A stretch of 64,000 nt of DNA from the NCBI GenBank assembly GCA_030295235.1, contig AP026135.1, forward strand, positions 620,001 to 684,000, written 5' to 3'. The notes beneath the pieces were generated by a model that was given only the letters and a program-made list of their open reading frames with translations, was not told the DNA's origin and made no database searches. Positions 45,745-57,923 of this stretch are shown here, piece by piece (within the stretch, counting starts at the first letter, position 1; each line of letters begins with the position of its first letter). Origin of the DNA: Fistulifera solaris (lineage: Eukaryota). A program made the position numbers and the translations under genes.

Positions 45745-47244
45745 ATGAAGTTTAGTTCAATTACTCTATTGTTATTACCTACCTACACGGCAGGTTTCTT
45801 TTTCAACAACAATTTAATCCGACCTCCTCAGGCTGTCGCGACGAAGCCGAAGGTTTCGTCGGATGAAGAGCGCGCTGCTGCCATGTCACAGTACTTAGCG
45901 AAAGCTCACGAGGAAAAGTTGCGAGCTGTGAAGGCGGCAGAAGATAAGAAAATGGAAGAAATTAGGTTGCTCAAAGAAGAGATTGCTGCTCTGAAAGCGG
46001 CAAAGTCTCCGGTTGTTATGTCGTCGTCGCCGCCACCGGGCCCGATTGGAGAGTTAGCGAAGTATCAAGAGTTCATGAAAACCTACATTGTCAACGCTCA
46101 CAAACAGAAAGTCGATGCCATCAAGGCAGCTGAAGCAGCACTCAACAAGAGATGGGAAGCGAAAATGGCAGAACTTGGTTTCGGAGCTCCATCCGCAGTC
46201 GCTGATCCTCCAAGTGACATGCTGAAACCCAAGGTCGTAAATGAGCTTCTGGCTGCTCGTAATGAGGGCGTGAAAGCATCAGCCTCTGCAGGAAAGAGTC
46301 GTTGGGGAGAATCAGAGGTGCACAAGGTGAAAACAGGGACTGAGTTGGGCTCTTTCGTGAAAAGCGATGCACCAGCGACCTTGTCAGCGCCGCCTCGAGG
46401 ACCCGTCATCGCATCGGCGCCGGGTGAAAAAATTACTGAGACCCCTGAAATCATTGCTGCCAATCATGGTCTGCGAGCAGATGGCGGAGTCGGGGGACCA
46501 TCGCTAGCTGAACGTGTCGCGTTGGGTCCTAACATCGGAGCCAAAATTGTTGCCTTGGCTTCTAACGCACATGCCAGCACTATAACATTAGAAGAGCGTC
46601 TGGCTGGTGGCGTGAATATCGGGGCCAGAATTGTCAATAAAGTCAGCACAGGTATGCCTGTTCCCATTGCTGCTGATGACTCCTCGTTCTTCAGCATGCG
46701 AAACAGCAAGGTCCTACACGAAGCCGAAGCGGGCAAATCACGTTGGGGACCTCAAGAGATTGAACGCGTGCGCAGTCTTCCCCTTAGTTCCACTGCAGTA
46801 GCAGAAAAAGCGACAGTTCCCGTTCCGCCTGAAGTCGAGGCTGCTGATCATGGCTTGAGGGCAGACGGTGGAGTTGGCGGACCAACATTGGCGGAGCGAG
46901 TCGCATTTGGAGCCAACATTGGAGCCAAAATCGTCGCACAAAGTGCTCCTTCGTCGACGAGTCTTTATGAAAAACGAAACTTGCATGTTGCTGCCGCTGC
47001 GGCCGCAGGAAAATCTCGTTGGGGTGCCCAAGAAGTGGGAAAACTGTCGAGTAAGACAATTGACTCGGTGGAAATCGTCAACAGTCACGAGGATATATTT
47101 GAGCAGCGAAATAACAAAGTGCTCGCCGAATCAGCCGCTGGAAAGTCGCGCTGGGGAAAAGAAGAGATCTCACGTCTCCAGATGCACAGTGGCTCGGCCA
47201 AGGGCTTTCCTGCGAAAATAAACGGAAGTATTGTAGGCGTCTGA
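45745..47244 (+). CDS. Plastid-targeted coiled-coil + repeat protein (AGKSRWG x4; HGLRADGGVGGP[ST]LAERV x2)
   Basis: Intact 499-aa ORF, presequence MKFSSITLLLLPTYTAG-FFF, two helical coiled-coil blocks, then Ala/Pro/Ser-rich linkers with conserved repeats. Confidence 0.85.
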   Translation: MKFSSITLLLLPTYTAGFFFNNNLIRPPQAVATKPKVSSDEERAAAMSQYLAKAHEEKLRAVKAAEDKKMEEIRLLKEEIAALKAAKSPVVMSSSPPPGPIGELAKYQEFMKTYIVNAHKQKVDAIKAAEAALNKRWEAKMAELGFGAPSAVADPPSDMLKPKVVNELLAARNEGVKASASAGKSRWGESEVHKVKTGTELGSFVKSDAPATLSAPPRGPVIASAPGEKITETPEIIAANHGLRADGGVGGPSLAERVALGPNIGAKIVALASNAHASTITLEERLAGGVNIGARIVNKVSTGMPVPIAADDSSFFSMRNSKVLHEAEAGKSRWGPQEIERVRSLPLSSTAVAEKATVPVPPEVEAADHGLRADGGVGGPTLAERVAFGANIGAKIVAQSAPSSTSLYEKRNLHVAAAAAAGKSRWGAQEVGKLSSKTIDSVEIVNSHEDIFEQRNNKVLAESAAGKSRWGKEEISRLQMHSGSAKGFPAKINGSIVGV

Positions 47245-47440
47245 AACTATAGTTTTACGAGTTCTATTTGTTATTATTCTAGAATGATGACGGTGGCCGG
47301 CCACACTCCGTAGTATTTGGTATCTATTGTCGATCTTTGGCCTACATTCTGGTTTGAAGGATCGATAAAATTCGTTGAAGTTATATTTCCACAATTTTCA
47401 GCGAAGCAGCGCATGTGAGAACATGGCAGAGGTTTAATAT

Positions 47441-48583
47441 TTATGTTTCTTTGTTATTTTCTCCTTCATCGTGTTTACTTGTGTGCTCCTGCGCGAATGG
47501 TTTGCTATCTTCGCTTTCGTCAGCTGCGCCATCCTCTTCGGCCTCGTTACTAAACTTTACTTTCTTCGGTGAATGCATTACTTCATGGTCGTCGTCGCCG
47601 GCATGTTTCACCCCACTTGTAATTTGATCGAACGTTGCAACTTCCACGCCAAGAACCCCAGCTACTTCCCCTCTTAACTCAAGTAACTCCTTTGTGTTTG
47701 GACCTCGCCCATGTTCATCCCGAAATTTTTTAATGACTTGACTGAGCAACATATTGAGCATCGCCGATCTTTCTTCCTCATCCAGATCTTCATCCTCACC
47801 CAAAACAAAATCTTCTTCGTCGTCGTCGTCATCATCATCGGTATTGCCATCATGGTCTTCCTCGTCTTCTTCCTCCTCGTCGTCATCTTCCTCCACTTCT
47901 GGAGCAACGACATCTGTCCGTGAAGCGAAATGAATGTACTCCTTGCGTGTGTAATCGAGGAAAAAGTCTTGATTGCTCGGTACTTGCAGCTTGGTCTTCT
48001 CGGCTTGTTCGTCGTCTGCGTCATCCTCTTGATCTAATTCTTCTTCTGTTTCAGCTACTTTCATAATGAGAATATCCCCAAATACGCGAATTCCATCCAA
48101 CGGCGGCTGCAATAAATGCGGATTCAAGGGCAGTTGTGCCCTGCTGAGCGCATTCACCAACTCGGTTTTCTCCACAAAGCCTTTCGTATCAATTTGAAAG
48201 TCGTGACACAGTTTCCGCAACTGGGCGACAGGCAGTTCTTCCAATGCAGCATCGTCCGGGATTTCTCGGCGCGCCATGACGACCGTCCCTTCCGTGGGAA
48301 ATTGTCCTATAAACGTAAAAGGCCCCCCGAGCACTTGCGCCGCAGCACTCTTGCTGGGCGTTGTGTCGAGTTCGATTTCTTCTACGAGTTCCGTGAGGAC
48401 CTGCCTTTGATGCAGTTCGTCCGCATTTGCATAAGCGGGATGTGGTTTTATGTCTTTTCCGTCAGGACGGGCGTGTCGAAGGAGAACGCACTTGACCACG
48501 GGTCCTTGCGACGCAAGAATGGCACCAATGTCGACACCGGCTAGTAAATCAGCTCCAACAGTTTTATCGTTTTCTGTTGACAT
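47441..48583 (-). CDS. Acidic protein with a SAP/ARMET-like helical motif inserted in a DUF5880-like domain
   Basis: Intact 380-aa ORF: VLGGPFTFIGQF...LPVAQLRKLCHDFQIDTKGFVEKTELV...LNPHLLQPPLDGIRVFGDILIMK...DYTRKEY, a long D/E tract, FRDEHGRGP and NLS-like PKKVK. Confidence 0.7.
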   Translation of the reverse strand: MSTENDKTVGADLLAGVDIGAILASQGPVVKCVLLRHARPDGKDIKPHPAYANADELHQRQVLTELVEEIELDTTPSKSAAAQVLGGPFTFIGQFPTEGTVVMARREIPDDAALEELPVAQLRKLCHDFQIDTKGFVEKTELVNALSRAQLPLNPHLLQPPLDGIRVFGDILIMKVAETEEELDQEDDADDEQAEKTKLQVPSNQDFFLDYTRKEYIHFASRTDVVAPEVEEDDDEEEEDEEDHDGNTDDDDDDDEEDFVLGEDEDLDEEERSAMLNMLLSQVIKKFRDEHGRGPNTKELLELRGEVAGVLGVEVATFDQITSGVKHAGDDDHEVMHSPKKVKFSNEAEEDGAADESEDSKPFAQEHTSKHDEGENNKET

Positions 48584-49045
48584 TGTATAGTAATACCTAT
48601 AGTGTTACGTTTGAATGATTTGTTCGTACAATGAATTTGTGCTTTGATTGCCTCCTTCGCAAATCATCTTCATAATAAGCGAGGTGAGAGGTTCGCATGA
48701 AGTGCAAATAATAATAAGGGAGGAGTTTGGATTTGGATATTCCAACGAGGCGCACCACTCGGATCTATTAAATACAAAACATCATTGTGGTCTCTACGTA
48801 CTATCCTTCTAAAGCTAGCCTAGGCATAAAAATAGCTCATGCACCCGTTGCTGATAGTACCTCCATCACCCTTTCTAAACGTGTACCAGGAAAGGGCGCG
48901 AACAGCGGACGCGCCACATTTCTCCTTCCGTATGATAACATGTACTCCGTACCAGGCAACGCCTTGTCGACTTCAAAACACAAATGCATCCAAAGTCTAA
49001 ATCTTGCATTCAATCATATTAAGAGGAAGAAAAGAAAAAACAAGA

Positions 49046-50628
49046 ATGACGACACCACCCATCGTCTCACCTGCCAATTCTCAGGATGAAAGCAACCCAA
49101 GCATACATACATTTTGTTATTCGAAAATACAAGATGGAATGCCACTAACCGAAGCGGATTGGCTGGCTCTCGGCGAAGAAAAGGTACGGTTCGTCCGAAG
49201 GAGCTTGCGGCAGTAACACCACTCTTGACTCATCGTTTCTTTTAGTCGAATCTCCCACTATTTGATCATGACAACAAACATTATTCCGGACTCGTTCGTT
49301 GCCTGGGAATGGTGCAAGATATGCTCGCACCCGAATACGATGCAGCCAACAACTCCACCTTCATGGAACGAACACCGCTCGTGATTGCACCCATTCCACA
49401 AGCGACTCCCTGGTTTCATCACATGATATACGACAGTATCCATCGGGACAAGCGATTGTGTTTGGACGACTCGTGTCGCGAAGACGCCGATCAGACCCTA
49501 CTGGCCAATTTTTTCTACGATCAATACATGAATCATCAACCAAAACTTCGACTCAATGAACTGGTGGAAGTTGTTGGCGTCATGGAACAGGACGTACTAA
49601 TGGAGAATCATCGACGAGAAACGTCTTGGAAAGACACGCTCATTTCGGCGTTTCAGGACGAGGGAAGAAGAAGCGATTCCCCCTCCACGTGCCGCGCATA
49701 CAAGTGTTGTGGTATCGAAAACTGGATCTTGATCAGTTGATATTGCCGCCTCTGCAAATGCCCGATATTCCCTCCAACGAAGTTGTCGCTACTGCACTTT
49801 CTCGGGCACTGTCGATCGACACACTCACGGCGAGTGCTATTTGGATGGCTTTGCTTTCTCTGGCGGAACGAAAACCGTGTGGAACACCTCGAAGAACGCC
49901 CTACGCAACGACTTTGGGGTGTGCTTCCTTGGCAATTCTTTTGCCGGACGCGAGTGCTTGTCACCAGTTTCAGAAGCGACTGGAAGGCATTCTTTCGTCA
50001 ATGTTGCCCTTGTTGGTGACGCCTCATTTGAAAGATCTCAAGATACCGAACAAGAAAAGCGGTCGACTGGCACAAAGTCCTCTGCAGTTGCCCAAGGGAG
50101 CGACGGTTCTTTTGAACGCGAGTGAGATACAGGCAGGTCCACTTTCACCGCAAGGGTTGCAAATGTTACAAGGCGTCCAAGAACTGACCAGTGGTCACCA
50201 AGTCCCTTACCATTTTGACGGTGGAATGCGTATACCATTTGAAGCGGATGTTCGCGTCATTGTGCTCTGTACGGCTGAAACCAAAAGTCTACTCCCGTGC
50301 CTGCTGCAAGTCAAGGGCCAGCCGGGTTTGGAACCGTATGATTGGTCTGAGTCAATGTGCCAAACGATTCGGGAGCACTTGGCCCATGCACGATCCGGCC
50401 CACCGATCGATTTACCGTTACAGCTACTAACCGACGCCCAGCAAGACTTTTTTACAACGGCGCCAAGAAGCTCGCCAGCGTAACGTCACCGTCGATGAAA
50501 TGGCATTTCATCGTTGGCTGACGTTGACGAGGTTAATTGCCCGCGGCAGAAGAGCCGAACAAGCGGCGAGCTGCGACTGGGTGTTGGCCTTGCAATTAGA
50601 CGATTCTATGCTCAGTTCTTTGTCGTAG
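49046..50628 (+). CDS. MCMBP: MCM complex-binding protein; intron 49184-49245; apparent frameshifts ~49660 and ~50450
   Basis: LVRCLGMVQDMLAPEY, LRLNELVEVVGV, VPRIQVL, GRLAQSPLQLPKG, VPYHFDG...FEAD and FHRWLTLTRL; stop TAG at 50626-50628. Confidence 0.85.
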
Positions 50629-50684
50629 CTACACAAATTAAAAATATGTTTTTTTAACTAATGCAGGATTAACGAGCTTACTCT

Positions 50685-53677
50685 TTAATGACGTCTATGT
50701 CTGTTCAGTTCCTGACCAAGCGTAATGACAAGCTGCGCAACACGCACATCGCCGTCTCCGATGGCCCCAGCTGAAGCTCGCTGCTGATAGTCATCACAAC
50801 AGCCGACAGTTACCATCCACGCGTCATCTTCGCCTGCTTCTACCGAGCCATCCAACTGAACAAGCATTGAGCTCACGTATTCTTCGGCCTTTACGCGTTT
50901 TACGTGATGCGGGGAAGAAAGTAGACTCGGGGCGAAAGAGAATAAATAGTGAAAGATTGTAGATGGTCTAATATCTCTCGTCCAGGGCTCTCGCAAAGGG
51001 CCTTTGCAATTTCAGTCGAGCTCGTATTCTTTGACTCTAAGCCTGTCCAAAAGAGCATTTGTCGTACGCCGCGAAGTTCGGAATACGGCTTTCCCTTCTC
51101 GATTTGGCTCAGTGGCTTACTCGCGCCACCACTAATCTTGCCCAAAAACTGCTCCAATACCAACTCAAGATCAGCAAGATCCTGAGTAATGTGCAATCGA
51201 GTCATTTCTTCCAGAGGTCGCACGAGACACACATTCGAAATGTATGTGTAAATAGTGAAAGTTGAGACTGTCGACGCCACAGTGCTAGAATAGGGCGGTG
51301 GGAATTTCACCAAGAAACTCTTTGCAATGGAATCAAAAGTATTTGACAAGTGTTTTTGAACGAACGATGGCTGACCTTCTCCTTCTTTATCACTAGAAGA
51401 TTCCAGGTAAACCCCCATGTGGATTTTCGCTAAGACAGACGCAATTTGTCGATTGAGAGCACGGCACAATGGATTCAGAATGGTACTTTTCACCATGCGG
51501 TCAATAGAGTCGATAGCTGGCGCCAAGGCCCTTTGACATATCTTTGCAGCTTCATCATGTTGAGGAAGCGTCGCTGGTACGTACGGACCAACAAACGTCT
51601 TGTAAGGTGCTTCCCGTAAATAATTGGCGAGAGTGAACATGATAGCGGCTACTTTGCGGTCGTGCTGTAAATTCTCAGTCATAGCAAACGAATTTGCGGC
51701 AACATAACCATTTTCGCCAACACCGCTAATGGCATTTTTTGCACGCGTACAGAACTCTACTATCAAGTCGACGACACAGTCGGCAATCATCGTTACGGTA
51801 GAGAAATCTCCTCCTCCATCCTTTGGATCCGCAAGAGACAGCTCCTGGCGAATATTTTGCTCAAAGCGCTGCAAATCATACTTGCTTGGTAGGAGTACGG
51901 TGGTGACTGCTCCAGCTACCGCAACACCATCATCATCGACAGCAATATGCTCGGGGAACATGTATTGCAGTGGCTCATGTAAACGATCTTTGCATTTCTC
52001 AAGAAAAACTTGTTCCAGTCGGAATATGCCACTTCCTGTTTCCTTATTGCCTCTGAACTCTTCCCACTCTATCGAGTTAAATACAGCAGAAAGAGACGCA
52101 CCTGTCAATGCTGTGACCTTTGATTCTCCGGGACTTTCCGAGTTCAGCGGTCGTGTCCACGTGTCTGCTGATACAGCCGCTTGAGGGTTATCAGGCAAAC
52201 CGGCCACAGCCTTCCCTTGCGTAAAACGCTCGTCATACATTGCAAAGGAGCCACCCAGAATACCAGAAGTACCGGCTGAAGAATCTTCGATCCCTGTAGA
52301 AGACGAGAATGATGCTCCTTTGCTATCTTGAATTCGCGCGAGCAGCTCTATAGAAGCAGATCTGACCGCAGGATAAAGACTGGATATCTCCGCCTTCATT
52401 TTCCCTTTATCATACTGGAGCGCATTGGTAATGATTTTGGCCAAAGAGCGTGACAACCGCAACCAATACAGAGTGAACAGAGAAAATTTTTCTTGTGAAT
52501 TCAAATTGTATTCGGCTGGAATAGGTCCGGCAGCTACAACATCCAGAAACACCCTACGACTAACGGGGTCAGTTTTACGAAGCAGCACCGTCTGCAAGTG
52601 AAACACTTGTAAAGCAGCTTCCACCATATGGCTTGACCACTCCTGTACGACTTGCGTTCTTGCTTCCGTCAAATTCTTCGCAAATGACTTTGTATCTCCT
52701 TTTGCCGCTTTCTTTGCCTGTTCCTGAATCCCCGACAGCGTAATGGGGTTCCACAGTTCTCGGCAGGCAGCCTCTGCTTTAGTGTGCGCATCATTGATAG
52801 CTTTCCATACAGCATCTGATAATTCACCAAGATGATAATAAACTTGGAGTGTTGCACCTAATTTCTGTAAGGCGTGCATTTTTGTAGTATTCTGATTCTG
52901 TGCCATTAGCGAAGCCGCAGCTTTACGGACCGCTCGGGCGGTGCTTTCGGCCTCTGGTCTTAATTTTTCTACAATGTCAATTTTTTCCTCGTTTGTTTCC
53001 TTTAACAGATCTTCTAGGACGGCGACAGACGCAGCCGCTCTGGTGAGATCTCGCAGATCCTCCAAGTCATAGCTCTGCAACTTTTCATTTTCGAATTGCA
53101 TGCGGAGAATTTTCTTCAATCTAGCGCTCAAAAGCAAAACACGCTCTAGATTCTTGCACGAAATTTCCATGCGAGCTAGTCCACGTGCGAGGGACGATTC
53201 CACGCGACGTGTCACCGTCTCGAGTGACTCTGCCTGTTTTTGCAATCGATCTGCTTTCTCACGCATCGCTTGCAAAGTGATTGTGGATGATTCTGCTTCA
53301 ACCTGACGTTCTTCAACATTGTATCCGTGCAATTCAAGGAAATGGCCAGCAACTGCTTCGGGGCTCGTACGAGACAATTTCACAGCCAAAGATTGGACGA
53401 GAATCAGTTTGCGGTCGACGTCTTGCAAAGCAAGCTCGGCCTGCTGCTGTGTATCACCCCGTTCACCCTCTTTCTGTAGTAAGGTAGAAGCGTACGCGAA
53501 AGCTACTTGATCGCCCGATCTGGACGCTTCCGTCAGTCCAAACTGTTTCAAGAGCGGATCTTCTTTGAGTAAGACTTGCAGACTCGCCGCCGCGGCGGAT
53601 GCAGAATCATTGTGAAGACCGTCGCCTCGACCCGCAGATTTTCCGGAATCATGCTGACCCCGACTTGAGGAATCCAT
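50685..53677 (-). CDS. COG5: Conserved oligomeric Golgi complex subunit 5; apparent frameshift ~50995
   Basis: N-terminal coiled coil, LQVYYHLGEL, VFHLQTVLLRKTDPVS, YPAVR, VRPLEEMTRLHITQDLADLE and GKPYSELRGVRQMLF. Confidence 0.8.
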
Positions 53678-54345
53678 CACACAGAGTTTGCAAATGAAAA
53701 AGTTAGCTTTTCTTTGAGTCTTTTCAACGCTTATGTTTTATTTACCGTGTTCGAATAAATTAAATATAATGCTTTGCGAGATGGATAACCCGCCGGGCAT
53801 TTTGTTGTGGCCCTACCAGGTATTTGTCCTGATTAGTATTAAGGATATAGGTGCTGGTTTGTCTTGTGGCAAGTTAGTGGCAAGTGGCAAATTAGATTCT
53901 CGAAAACAGAAATAGAATCGCTCAAATTAAATACAATAATTACGTAGTCAAAGTTTCAAATGATTAACTTTAAGCTGCTAAAGCTGCGTCAACTTCTCAA
54001 CCTAGCAGAATGAATTCAGACTGAGTTTCGGTTCATGACTGAAAGGCAGTCGTGCCAGTGAAAAGCCAACACTTCAGTCTATAGTAAATACGATCAACAA
54101 CGATCCGCAACAAACTTTGGTTTTTGCCACTCTCTGCACTCCGCATTGCCGTAAAAATGGTATGAATATTAACAAAACAGAACTACCTCGAAAAGTAATG
54201 CTAAAGTCAGTAATTCAAATTTATCTCTCAATTGACAGGAAATACAAGTGATGAGATAGGTGCAAAGGTCTAGTCTTTATGGCTTGCTCCTTAAAACAAA
54301 GGTGCTGCTTCGAATTCCTATAAGTATATTGAGCTGTGAGAGTTG

Positions 54346-56091
54346 TTAACCGTCGCGCCTTTTTGATCCCGAGACGATATCATCAATGCGCAGAATCATA
54401 CACGCACTCTCAATTGCCGTCTTAATCGTTTGCTGTTTGACGCTTAGTGGTTCCCAGATACCATATTCTTTCATGTCGACCAATTCTCCTGTCGTTCCAT
54501 TGACTCCCCACGTACACTTTGTATTCGCCTCGTAAGCTTCCGCATGTTTCGCGCGCAACGCGGTGATCGATCGAATCACACTTACACCGCAATTTTGCGC
54601 TAATGTTCGGGGAATCACTTCCAGGGCTTCCGCGACGGCCAAAAAAGGTGCTTGTTGAACTCCCTTGATTTCGCGCTGACCATAGCGCTTAAGGGCTACG
54701 GCAAGTGCCATTTCGGAGGCACCCCCGCCCGGTAGCAGCTGAGGGTTCGTGACCACATTTCGCGTCACTTGCATGGCATCTTGTAAGTTGCGTTCGACTT
54801 CGTTGAGAACATCTTTTGATCCTCCCCGTAAGATGATTGTGCATGCTTTGGGCTCATGGCATTCTGTCAAGAAGCAAAACCACTCATCTCCTACTTTGCG
54901 CATTTCGTATAACCCGCAGCCCTTTCCAATATCTGATTCTTGAATTTCATCCGTTCGACTCACAATCGTAGCCCCAGTTGCTTTCGCAACTCGATTGTTA
55001 TCCGTCTTTCTCAAACGACGAAAGGCAGCAACACCAGCTTTGGCAAGATAATGTTGCGCTAAATCGCTCACGCCTTTTTCCGTGATAACGACATCCGGCT
55101 TGTGCTCCAAGATATCCCGACACTGCTGAGCGACATATTCCTCTTCCAGTTGCAACAAAGCATTCCAGTCATTTTCTTTTGAGGCGTCAATCTCGACATT
55201 CGTTTGCGACTCTCCTTTCTTGTACTCAAGAGGCGTATCTAAAAGCAAGATGCGAGGATTCTCGACTCGGCGCGGCATGGACGAATGCACCGTGTCTTTG
55301 TTGAACATGACTCCTTTGAGTACCTCACATTCCTCAATCTCTCCGCCAGGGATTTTTTCTACCTTGGCGTATCGTTTAATGTCCACTTGTGCTTCGTTTC
55401 CACCCGCAGACTTTGGTTCTGCGACAGTCAAAACTGCCTGTAACGCAATATCCACCATCAAATCATTCCAGCGGCTACTGAATTTTGTTCCCAATGTCGA
55501 CTGAATCAACGATTTCATGAGCTCTTTATCTTTTTGAACATCAATGTCAATAGCCTGTATTTTCAGTAACTCCAAGGCCTTGGCCAAAGCTTTGTGATAA
55601 GCCGAAACGAGTACAGTAGGATGTACATTGCTGGTTTCATTGCGAAGAAATGGTTCCGCTTGTCCAAGAACTTCTGCCGCCAAGACAATGACCGACGTAG
55701 TTCCATCACCAACCTCCTCATCTTGCGCACGGCTCAATTCGATCATACTCTTGGCGGTAGGATGCGATACATCGACTTCTCGCAAGATGGCGTGTCCGTC
55801 GTTGGTGAGAATGACACTCCCCATCGGATCCAAGAGCATCTTGAGCATGCTTCGCGGACCCAATGTGGTACGAATAATATTCGCTACAGCACGAGCGGCT
55901 TGAATGTTCGCAATTTGTGCTTCTCTACCAGTTTGTCTTTGTGTTTTCGAGTCTATTTGTGACAAACAGAAAGGTGAGATCATGGGATGTAATGTAGTAT
56001 TTAGATGATAGAGCCAAAATCCGTTGTAGATCGACTTACTTAAAACCATAATTGGAGGACCGCCGCCTCCCATACTTTGACCACCCATCAT
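54346..56091 (-). CDS. CCT3: Chaperonin CCT/TRiC subunit gamma; intron 55953-56039
   Basis: TTLGPRSMLKMLLDPMG, TNDGHAILRE, QDEEVGDGTTSV, DIKRYAKVEKIPGG and LEYKKGESQT. The 87-nt in-frame GTAAGT...TAG intron is read through in the ORF track. Confidence 0.96.
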   Translation of the reverse strand: MMGGQSMGGGGPPIMVLSKSIYNGFWLYHLNTTLHPMISPFCLSQIDSKTQRQTGREAQIANIQAARAVANIIRTTLGPRSMLKMLLDPMGSVILTNDGHAILREVDVSHPTAKSMIELSRAQDEEVGDGTTSVIVLAAEVLGQAEPFLRNETSNVHPTVLVSAYHKALAKALELLKIQAIDIDVQKDKELMKSLIQSTLGTKFSSRWNDLMVDIALQAVLTVAEPKSAGGNEAQVDIKRYAKVEKIPGGEIEECEVLKGVMFNKDTVHSSMPRRVENPRILLLDTPLEYKKGESQTNVEIDASKENDWNALLQLEEEYVAQQCRDILEHKPDVVITEKGVSDLAQHYLAKAGVAAFRRLRKTDNNRVAKATGATIVSRTDEIQESDIGKGCGLYEMRKVGDEWFCFLTECHEPKACTIILRGGSKDVLNEVERNLQDAMQVTRNVVTNPQLLPGGGASEMALAVALKRYGQREIKGVQQAPFLAVAEALEVIPRTLAQNCGVSVIRSITALRAKHAEAYEANTKCTWGVNGTTGELVDMKEYGIWEPLSVKQQTIKTAIESACMILRIDDIVSGSKRRDG

Positions 56092-56924
56092 TTTTACAAG
56101 ATAAAGGTTGTTATTAAAGAAGATGAAAAGGTAGCAAGCAGAAAAGTAGAGCGAGAACAGCAACTAAAAAAATGTTCGTCTTCTGTTACTGTTGCCTCTT
56201 TTTTCATCTCGCATCTTTCATCACGCAAATGCGCGGACGAGAAGGCAGTCTCGTTTGCTCATCTCCCGTGGATAATAGTTTGTGTCGGAGTGGTTTGAAT
56301 CACTATAGCATAAAAAGAAGGGCCTTTATCCGACATAAATCAATTCCAGTCCCGGATAGTTATTTCTTGTTTGTTTCTACTATTTTCACAAGTACGACGT
56401 CCAAATCATCTCTTTTCAGAGTGATGAGTGCTCGTAGCAAATATTGAGTTACATATATTTATATCACTGTTTTTCATGAGAATGCTGATGTAGTCATGAA
56501 TTCGTGTTCGTGCGCAAGCTAGTTTCGGGAGGATCGAATTAACGTTGGGAGAACCAAAGGGCCGGAAAAGATCTCCGATAACCCATAAGTCATCTAAAAG
56601 CGTTGGCAATGCAAAACTACTTAGAAGTAAATACAAGAGCAATCATCTGCCAGACGTATTCTACATGAGAGATGAAAGCGCCAGGCTTACATCGATATCG
56701 AACGCTCTGTAACAATACTACATTCATTATATCAGCGCATTAACGTTGTTCTGTATCTAAAAGGGTGCTGCTTCAAATGGTGGGATTCTCGAGACTGTCA
56801 TGTACATTATTTAGTTGGTTGGTTTCGGTTGTTTCCTTCTTTCTCAACGATATTTTTTCTCCTCACCCCGACTTCGGGTCCCGAAGAGTGAGTGGCGTGA
56901 GTATCCACGTGACCGACTTTATTC

Positions 56925-57452
56925 TCATTCTTCTTGTTCGTCCGGTTCCTTCCCAATCAACTTGGCCACAACCGGCGTCAAGAGAACCGTCGGTGGGAAA
57001 CGAATGGGCGAAGCGGCCTTGTGGGCGGCATACGCAATCGCAAATGTTCCCGCCGTCTCGGTGTTCTGGTTCACCTCAATACCCACATTGCTCAAAAGTC
57101 CGCCGACGTCAACACCATTGTCGACGAGCGTATAGCAGATGGCAAACGAAACGAGAGCGAGAGGAATCGAAGTGGCCAAGTACGCAATGCCGTAACGCTT
57201 CAATAATGACTTCGCGGTGGCACCGCCGTCTTTCTGCTTCAAAGACTCTAGCAAACCTACTTCCAGCCCATATTTCTCTGTCGTTTCTTCGATACTCTGT
57301 TTCGCCTCTTCTTTAGTGGGCGTAGCTCGAAGCACTGTAGAAGGTGTCAGCTGTCGTTGTGAATTGTGACATGCTCCGTTGACTGGAGCCCATGCAGTAA
57401 CGCTGCTCGTCCAGAGCGTCAAAACAAGAAGAATTGAACTTCGTCCTAACAT
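56925..57452 (-). CDS. Plastid-targeted DUF1279/FAM210-like membrane protein
   Basis: Presequence VTA-WAP; LLKRYGIAYL...NGVDV...AGTFAIAYAAHKAASPIRFPPTVLLTP. Confidence 0.85.
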   Translation of the reverse strand: MLGRSSILLVLTLWTSSVTAWAPVNGACHNSQRQLTPSTVLRATPTKEEAKQSIEETTEKYGLEVGLLESLKQKDGGATAKSLLKRYGIAYLATSIPLALVSFAICYTLVDNGVDVGGLLSNVGIEVNQNTETAGTFAIAYAAHKAASPIRFPPTVLLTPVVAKLIGKEPDEQEE

Positions 57453-57923
57453 GTTGGAGAAATCAATATTCAACGATGGTTTCAGTAGCAAACAAATCTG
57501 TGTTCTGCGAGAAAGAAAGGAATCAGTTGGATGACAACAACAATGTCGGGCGATCGGTTTGTGCGAGAAAAAAGTCGATGATGGCTCCAACAACTGTACG
57601 ATTAATCTGTAGGTGGTTTAGCCAAGAGAATGACGTGCCCCCGTTCTCTTCACCGTCTGTACATGTACCGTAGTCCGTCGTTTTCAACTTCAACTTTATC
57701 GAGGATCGTCCACGTGGAGCTATCATCCGTGAATCGTTTTACCCAAATAGTTGGAAATGCGACTATCTTGAATTTAAGACACAACAAAGAATCTAGGGCG
57801 TACAGTATCGAAACAACAAACCGTGTATCAGAGGGTCGATCGTAATTTTCATAGGGCGACACTTTCGTTTTTCTCTTAAAGAATACAGTATGTTTGTTGT
57901 TCTTACTTCAAGATTAAGCCAAT

